Below are positions 58,122 through 64,000 of a stretch of DNA of 64,000 bases, in pieces; the stretch's first letter is position 1; the number at the start of each line of letters is the position of its first letter. The translations under genes and the position numbers were made by a program. The stretch is from an uncultured Saprospiraceae bacterium (GTDB lineage: Bacteria; Bacteroidota; Bacteroidia; Chitinophagales; Saprospiraceae): contig CAKZUK010000010.1 in assembly GCA_937921775.1 (NCBI GenBank), positions 12,037 through 76,036 of the forward strand. Direction: 5' to 3'. Under the pieces are notes generated by a model. It did no database searches, had not been told where the DNA came from, and was given only the letters and a program-made list of their open reading frames with translations.

Positions 58122-58432
58122 CTGAGCTTATCCAAAAAAAATCATGCTATGTCTTCATTCCAAACAAGAGTATTCCCACCATCGGAATCTTAAGGGTATA
58201 GAAAACCCCTTTTAAACAGCTTCCAATATCGTTAAAATTCATACCCAAAAAAATTTCCCTCCAAAAAGTCCGTTATCAAATCATAACAGCATATAAGTAG
58301 GTGTTTGAATCAATAAAATTCGAACGATTATTAATTTAAACCAAGCATCGCTAGGGGCATAGCAGCTTCCAAGTGTATAAAGCATAACTATTACTATTTT
58401 CTTTTAACGTTCAACAAAAAAAATATTCAATT

Positions 58433-59716
58433 ATGAAGCAATTAAGTTTACTAGTCCTAGGCTGCCTTTTTGCTATCTCTTTTACTGCTTGTAAGAAAGA
58501 TCTTAACACAGCTACGGTGACCTACCAAGAAGCGACTGCCACCTATGGCAACTTGGAAGCGGTCAGAAACCTACCACTCAACAACTCGGTACGAGCTGTT
58601 GAAAACCCCGGAAAGGTCTTCGTAGGAGCAGATTTTATCTTACTTGGAGAAGAAGAACAAGGAGTTCATGTCATCAATAATTCAGATATCAACAACCCTC
58701 AGTTCATTAACTTCATCGATATTCCGGGCAACCGTGAGTTTTTTGTAAAAGGCGATTTCCTTTATGCAGAAAGCTACTATGATCTAATCAAAATTGATTT
58801 AACTGATCTATCCAATGTACAACTTGTCGCACGTGCTAACAATATTTTGCAAGAAACGATCACCAATGACAATGGCGAAGCTTTGTTAGGGTTCACCTTC
58901 AACGAAGTCACCAAAGACATTGATGTAAAAAGCGACATCTACAATGAAATTGTCACCGAACAGTTTATTTACTATGACTTTGCAAAACAGGTAATACCAA
59001 AATCTGCCGTTCCTTCTTCCTTTGCTGGAAATAGCAATGGTAAGTCCGGTACCGTCAATCGAATCACCCATGCACAAGATCATGTCTATGTCATCAGCCT
59101 CAATGCAATGGCCATTATTGATGATGCCAATGGCGTTTTCCAATCAGTAGGTTCTACCAGTCAAATCAATTTCCCAGAAGCAATGGAAACTATTTTTCCT
59201 TATGAGGACAAGCTATTTGTTGGTTCAAGGACTTCTATGAACATCTACGATGCCGCAAATCCTGAAACTCCTTTCGAACTGTACGAATTTCAACACGCAA
59301 CTTCCTGCGACCCAGTCCTCCCAACCGATGATGTAGCTTACATTACCTTGAGAACAGCTGACTTTTCGGACTGCCCTGGCAACACCAATGCACTAGTTGT
59401 TTTGAATATAGAAAACCTAGATAATCCAAGAGAAGAGGAACAAATAAACATGGCAAGTCCTTATGGAATGACTGTGATTGGCGACCGTCTTTTTGTTGGT
59501 GAGGGAGAAAACGGTTTAAGTATCTTTGATGTTAGTGATCGTAAAAAACCTATTAGCATTAAAAAGGATGATGGCGTAAAAGCATATGACATCATTGCTC
59601 ACCCTAGCAACGAAAATATTGTTTTAATTGCTGGACCTAATGGTTTGAGTCAGTATACTATGGATGGAGATAATTCTAATATTGATTTAGATTTTAATAG
59701 TCAAATTCAATATTAA
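58433..59716 (+). CDS. Lipoprotein, LVIVD-repeat-like beta-propeller
   Basis: 427 aa with lipobox SFTACKKD. Recurring strands: GVHVINNSDINNP, DFLYAESYYDLIKIDLTDLSN, DHVYVISLNAMAIID, ALVVLNIENLDNP, DRLFVGEGENGLSIFDVSDRKKP. Confidence 0.6.
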   Translation: MKQLSLLVLGCLFAISFTACKKDLNTATVTYQEATATYGNLEAVRNLPLNNSVRAVENPGKVFVGADFILLGEEEQGVHVINNSDINNPQFINFIDIPGNREFFVKGDFLYAESYYDLIKIDLTDLSNVQLVARANNILQETITNDNGEALLGFTFNEVTKDIDVKSDIYNEIVTEQFIYYDFAKQVIPKSAVPSSFAGNSNGKSGTVNRITHAQDHVYVISLNAMAIIDDANGVFQSVGSTSQINFPEAMETIFPYEDKLFVGSRTSMNIYDAANPETPFELYEFQHATSCDPVLPTDDVAYITLRTADFSDCPGNTNALVVLNIENLDNPREEEQINMASPYGMTVIGDRLFVGEGENGLSIFDVSDRKKPISIKKDDGVKAYDIIAHPSNENIVLIAGPNGLSQYTMDGDNSNIDLDFNSQIQY

Positions 59717-59729
59717 GAAGTGGCAGTCT

Positions 59730-59750
59730 AAACTGCAAAAGCAGTTTTCA
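59730..59750 (+). terminator. Short terminator hairpin AAACTGC-AAAA-GCAGTTT + TC
   Basis: 7-bp stem, 14 nt after the stop. Confidence 0.45.
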
Positions 59751-59909
59751 TTCGCTATGTAGACCCACTCATTTGTTTTTTAAAAAACCGTTCTTTGACA
59801 AATAACATAATAATGCGCGATGGCTTAGTTTTCAATAATACTAAGTCATCGTGCTTAACCATAAAATTCTAACATTCTGAAAAAGCAACTACATACACCA
59901 TTCAAAATA

Positions 59910-60662
59910 TTGCTACTAGCCATCTTTCTTCTTTGTCAGTTCAATAAGCTTGAAGCACAAATAAGAATGAGAACGATGATCGTCATGCAAGATCGCTCCA
60001 CCTATGCAGGTGAGGTCATAGACAATGACAATGAAACCATCACCATGCAACTTGATTCAGGTGCAACGATTGTCATACCACGTGACAAAATCAGAAGTGT
60101 AAAATCAGGTTCCGACAAACTTGTGCATTCCAATGGTAAGTTCCATTATACCAAAGGATACTTTTTCTCTCTTTCGCTAGGTTTCAATCCTTTTAAAGGA
60201 GATGCAGGAAATCTTCAACCAACAGAGCATACTGAGTTACTCATAGGCTGGCGATTCAACAAAGATTTATCAGTCGCAGTAGGAGTAGGGGCAGAATTGT
60301 CGGGAACTAGTGTAGGAGGATTTGGAGTTGAAACTATATTTAATTCTTATTTTTTATATGGCCGTTATTACCTAGCAGATTGGCGTCATAGACCTTACAC
60401 CTACGCGAGACTTGGCTATGGCTCTGGGCCTTCACAAGACTTTGAGTCCGGCCGACACACTGGAGGTCTTCAGGCTCAATTCGGTGCTGGTTTTCATTTT
60501 GCTTCGCGCAAAAAATCCAAGTTTAACGTTTCACTGGCTTACCATATTCAAAAGACAGATGGCAATCAACGCTTCCTTGATGTTTTTGGAAATGAAGTTG
60601 CCATTGATTATAATCTACTTATTCGAGAGGCTATTTTTAAGCTTACTTATGAATTTCGTTAA
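59910..60662 (+). CDS. Putative outer-membrane beta-barrel (OmpA-N/porin-like) protein; start codon uncertain
   Basis: 250 aa from TTG 59910, ending in the beta-signal-like KLTYEFR. In-frame upstream codons (back to 59874/59877) would add KKQLHTPFKI and give a better signal peptide. Confidence 0.55.
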   Translation: MLLAIFLLCQFNKLEAQIRMRTMIVMQDRSTYAGEVIDNDNETITMQLDSGATIVIPRDKIRSVKSGSDKLVHSNGKFHYTKGYFFSLSLGFNPFKGDAGNLQPTEHTELLIGWRFNKDLSVAVGVGAELSGTSVGGFGVETIFNSYFLYGRYYLADWRHRPYTYARLGYGSGPSQDFESGRHTGGLQAQFGAGFHFASRKKSKFNVSLAYHIQKTDGNQRFLDVFGNEVAIDYNLLIREAIFKLTYEFR

Positions 60663-60762
60663 GGAAGAGATTGAAAACACCCTTCGACTTCTCTACGCAA
60701 GCCGAGGATGACAACTAATGTATCACTATTCCTTTATCTCAATCGGCTCCCGAACCTACATT

Positions 60763-62304
60763 TCAGTTCATCTTAGACAAAACAGAAGCTGGTTGAATGA
60801 ACATTCCAGTAGACTTCGTATCACCAGTAGCCTTACCAGTATCCTTCAATAATTTATAAACTTCCTTCGTCGTTAAATCCGGTTGAATGCTTTTCATCAC
60901 ACCAACCAAGCCAGCAACATAAGGCGTAGCCATAGAAGTTCCATTAAATGTATTGTAAGTGTTATCTGGAGTAGTAGAGTAAATTTTCACACCTGGCGCT
61001 GCAATTCCCATATCAATATTATTGACGGTATTGGAAAAAGAAGCGCGATTCAATAGCGTATCAACTGCCGCGACAGTGATCACGCCCTTTGCAGAAGCTG
61101 GAGCAAAACCAGTGGCATCCGCATTGCTATTTCCTGCGGCAACAATTACAATCGCACCTTTATTATTACAATACTTCACCGCATCGGAATAAGCTTTTTG
61201 GCGACTACTATTAGAACGACCACCTAAAGACATTGAAATAACATCAGCTCCATTATCAGCAGCCTCCAGCATTCCATTGATGATCCCCCTTTGCGTTCCT
61301 CCACCAAAATCAGCAAGGACTTTAATCGAAGTTAATTCTACAAATTGATTGTTAGGAGAGAAAGAAGCAACACCAATTCCATTATTTGAAATAGCTCCAG
61401 CAATACCCGCACAATGCGTTCCATGTCCTTTTACATCTTTATCATATTTACTGGAAAGTGATTTATAATTAGCTGCTAAGTCTTCATGTTTTGCATCAAC
61501 ACCAGTATCCAAAATAAAAACGCGAGCTTTCTTTTTCGGTTTTATATTTTTGCTTTTAATCAAACTATAAAGATCAGCGACTTGCATTTCATCAAATCCC
61601 CATAACTCAGATAGGGCAGGATCGTTGATGCCATAATCCTTGTTTCGCTTGGAAGGCTCTAGTGTCGACTTCATCGGCTCCACATTGATGGTTTCATTTT
61701 CTTCCACCCAATCCACTAATTCATTTTGCGAAAGCAAAGCCTTAATTTTCGAAATAAGATGTTCTTTTCCTTCAGGAATGTTTATCACAAAATAATTATC
61801 CAACTCAGTTGTTGAAGATTGCTCCATTTCAAAAGCAGCCTCAAAACTGAGATCGTATTTTTGTAAAACCCGACTCAATTCTTTGATAGAATGCCCTTCA
61901 TCAATTTCTACCAGTAATTCCCAATCCTGATCTAATTTGAGATCGGTACGGGCTATTTCTGAAATGCTAGTCTGCGGAAAGGTCTGCTCTAAAACCTCCT
62001 TAAAGTAAAAATTATAAATAAGCGCTGTACAAAGTCCCATTAATAAGAAGACCTTGGGATTTTTTCGAATCATCGAAAAACCAGCTGAAACACCACTAAT
62101 GATCAAAAGATCACGAAACATCGTGCTAAATTTGTAGCTTATTTCGGCATCAGCCATAAACAAGGAAACGCCATAAGCTACTATAGCAGCAAAGAAGACG
62201 AAACGAAGCAAAGAGCTCAATTTCTCGTTATGCTGGAAATAAAACCAACCAACTAAGCCAGTGAAGGCGACGATATAACTAAGGGGATAAAGTTGTTCTA
62301 ACAT
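60763..62304 (-). CDS. S8 (subtilisin) family serine peptidase with N-terminal 4-TM anchor
   Basis: 513 aa. Catalytic triad motifs ILDTGVD (Asp), GHGTHCAGIAG (His), GTSMATPYVAG (Ser). Four hydrophobic helices in aa 1-100, with a propeptide-like region between. Confidence 0.9.
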   Translation of the reverse strand: MLEQLYPLSYIVAFTGLVGWFYFQHNEKLSSLLRFVFFAAIVAYGVSLFMADAEISYKFSTMFRDLLIISGVSAGFSMIRKNPKVFLLMGLCTALIYNFYFKEVLEQTFPQTSISEIARTDLKLDQDWELLVEIDEGHSIKELSRVLQKYDLSFEAAFEMEQSSTTELDNYFVINIPEGKEHLISKIKALLSQNELVDWVEENETINVEPMKSTLEPSKRNKDYGINDPALSELWGFDEMQVADLYSLIKSKNIKPKKKARVFILDTGVDAKHEDLAANYKSLSSKYDKDVKGHGTHCAGIAGAISNNGIGVASFSPNNQFVELTSIKVLADFGGGTQRGIINGMLEAADNGADVISMSLGGRSNSSRQKAYSDAVKYCNNKGAIVIVAAGNSNADATGFAPASAKGVITVAAVDTLLNRASFSNTVNNIDMGIAAPGVKIYSTTPDNTYNTFNGTSMATPYVAGLVGVMKSIQPDLTTKEVYKLLKDTGKATGDTKSTGMFIQPASVLSKMN

Positions 62305-62489
62305 GTTAAAAGGTTCTGCGTACTACATTTAGGTAACAATATTTTTAATAACTACCAATATAACCGAACAATTGTACAAATTTTGGGTTAATAGACGAAC
62401 CTCTTTATTTATTCGTCATAGATTAAGGTTAAACACCCAATTCGTGACAAACATTATCGTCTAATTTCTTAATTAGCGCTTTAAATTTT

Positions 62490-62497
62490 TATTTTTG
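62490..62497 (+). promoter_or_regulatory. Candidate -7 promoter box TATTTTTG
   Basis: Exact TAnnTTTG match, 24 nt upstream of the trxB ATG. Confidence 0.35.
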
Positions 62498-62520
62498 CGC
62501 ATCATAAATTTTAAATAAAT

Positions 62521-63465
62521 ATGGAAAACGAAATACAACACCACAAATGCCTTATAATAGGTTCAGGTCCAGCAGGTTATACTGCAGCAGTTTATGCAGC
62601 TAGAGCGAATATGCATCCTGTGCTTTTTACTGGCCCAGAACCAGGTGGACAGTTAATGATCACTACTGATGTAGAAAACTACCCTGGATACCCTGATGGC
62701 ATCATGGGACCTGCTATGATGGATGAATTCCGCAAGCAAGCAGAGCGTTTTGGAACTGATGTACGCTATGAAATGATCTCTAAAGTTGATTTTTCAGGTC
62801 CAGTACACAAGGTTTGGACAGAAGCTGGCCAAGAAATTCACGCTGACTCTGTAGTTATTTCTACAGGAGCTAGTGCTAAATGGCTAGGTCTTGAATCAGA
62901 AAAACGCTTGACCAACAAAGGAGTATCAGCTTGTGCCGTTTGTGATGGTTTCTTTTTTAAAGATATGGATGTAGCTGTAGTTGGTGGTGGTGATACCGCT
63001 GCTGAAGAGGCTAGTTACCTTGCAAAGCTTTGCCCACAGGTACACCTTATTGTGCGTAGAGACGAAATGAGAGCTTCTAAAGTAATGCAAGATCGTGTTT
63101 TGAATACGAAAAATATTACCGTTCACTGGAATACAACTACTGAAGAAATCTTAGGAGAAGAAGAAGTGGAAGCAGTCCGCGTAAAAAACACAATAACTGG
63201 TGATCTATCTGAAATTCCTGTAAAAGGATTTTTCGTTGCCATTGGCCACAAACCAAACACCGCTATTTTTAAAGACTGGATTAAATTGGATGATGTTGGA
63301 TATATCACAACAGTTCCAGGAACTTCTCGTACCAATATAGAAGGTGTTTTTGCAAGTGGAGATGCACAGGATCGGATTTACCGTCAAGCAGTAACTGCAG
63401 CCGGTACTGGTTGTATGGCTGCACTTGATGCAGAACGTTATTTGGTTGAGAAAGGTGTTGTTTAG
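62521..63465 (+). CDS. trxB: Thioredoxin-disulfide reductase
   Basis: 314 aa. Motifs IIGSGPAGYTAA (FAD), redox-active CAVCDG, VVGGGDTAAEEA (NADPH), GDAQD. Confidence 0.95.
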   Translation: MENEIQHHKCLIIGSGPAGYTAAVYAARANMHPVLFTGPEPGGQLMITTDVENYPGYPDGIMGPAMMDEFRKQAERFGTDVRYEMISKVDFSGPVHKVWTEAGQEIHADSVVISTGASAKWLGLESEKRLTNKGVSACAVCDGFFFKDMDVAVVGGGDTAAEEASYLAKLCPQVHLIVRRDEMRASKVMQDRVLNTKNITVHWNTTTEEILGEEEVEAVRVKNTITGDLSEIPVKGFFVAIGHKPNTAIFKDWIKLDDVGYITTVPGTSRTNIEGVFASGDAQDRIYRQAVTAAGTGCMAALDAERYLVEKGVV

Positions 63466-63689
63466 AAAAGGTAAAACCGCAAAAGTTAAAATGTAAAAGT
63501 TTCCCGCGAACCTAATGTTCGCGACTTTCGGATACTTTAGTATTTTGCGATTTTATATTTCAACAATAGCTACAAAATAAATACTAAGTGAAATTTTGTG
63601 AAACGATACGATAAAAATTCAGAAATCTGAAACATATGCAGTCAGATTCCCGATATTAAAGTTTACTTAATTAAACGAAAATTCTAAAG

Positions 63690-64000
63690 ATGTCTAAAAC
63701 AACAAGATTCCGCCCTGGTGTACTTTGGGGTGACGAGGTTCAAGAACTTATGAAGCACGCCAATGATAACAATTACGCCTTACCGGCAGTAAATGTTATT
63801 GGTACCAACACCATCAACGCAGTACTTGAAACAGCAAGAGAGGTCAACTCACCAGTGATGATTCAGTTCTCAAATGGTGGTGCTCAATTTAACGCTGGAA
63901 AAGGTTTGTCAAACGAAGAACAGAAAGCAGCTATCCTAGGCTCTATCTCTGGTGCTATGCACGTACACTCAATGGCAGCTGCCTATGGTGTTCCTGTGAT
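63690..64000 (+). CDS. fba: Class II fructose-bisphosphate aldolase, N-terminal 103 codons (continues beyond the window)
   Basis: Manual translation from ATG 63690 gives MSKTTRFRPGVLWGDEVQELMKHANDNNYALPAVNVIGTNTINAVLETAREVNSPVMIQFSNGGAQF..., a typical class IIa FBA N-terminus. Confidence 0.9.
   Translation, partial: MSKTTRFRPGVLWGDEVQELMKHANDNNYALPAVNVIGTNTINAVLETAREVNSPVMIQFSNGGAQFNAGKGLSNEEQKAAILGSISGAMHVHSMAAAYGVPV

Noticed and set aside
1-64000. Searched by eye for tRNA/rRNA/tmRNA, CRISPR arrays, IS elements, integrases, phage genes and invertible-promoter inverted repeats.
   Set aside because: I saw no T-arm (GGTTCGAATCC-like) strings in intergenic DNA and no regularly spaced direct repeats. 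I saw no transposase or recombinase-like ORFs and no long duplicated segments. The window appears to be stable core chromosome. This is an eye scan, so tRNAscan-SE, Infernal, CRISPR finders and ISEScan should confirm it.

Overview
This 64-kb chromosomal segment looks like a low-GC Bacteroidota genome. Supporting signs are a T9SS C-terminal sorting domain, DUF1573, WG-repeat and SusC-like Plug modules, TAnnTTTG promoter boxes and several TTG/GTG starts. I call 46 protein-coding genes (two cut by the window edges), about 15 hairpin terminators or long inverted repeats, and six candidate promoter boxes. I saw no rRNA, tRNA, CRISPR array, transposase, integrase or phage genes. Most of the content is housekeeping: acyl-CoA carboxyltransferase, aminotransferase, two Cys/Met PLP enzymes, pyrC, udk, lysC, kbl-tdh, a Na+-pumping oadGAB cluster, trxB and fba. 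Very large envelope proteins are interleaved with these. Five loci stand out. (1) 48230-51439 is an orphan Hsp100/Clp-like double-AAA+ ATPase with a degenerate D1 and a non-Clp N-domain. Its ~290-aa C-terminal extension has motifs resembling class-I release factor domains 1/2 but lacks GGQ. (2) 18767-24163 is a 1798-aa alpha-2-macroglobulin/thioester protein. CarboxypepD_reg, TonB-receptor Plug and TonB_C modules sit where the bait region should be. (3) 5319-8345 is a single-chain GT2 + GT-C (PMT/ArnT-like) + TPR glycosyltransferase, in a tight operon with a methyltransferase and an odd ABC pair. (4) 51726-60662 is a 7TMR-DISM/HK/REC/AraC one-polypeptide regulator followed by secreted and lipoprotein genes with no SusC/D. 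(5) Several non-coding gaps have orphan terminators and a candidate sRNA. All calls come from reading motifs by eye. No searches were run, so domain assignments and novelty claims need profile and structure checks.
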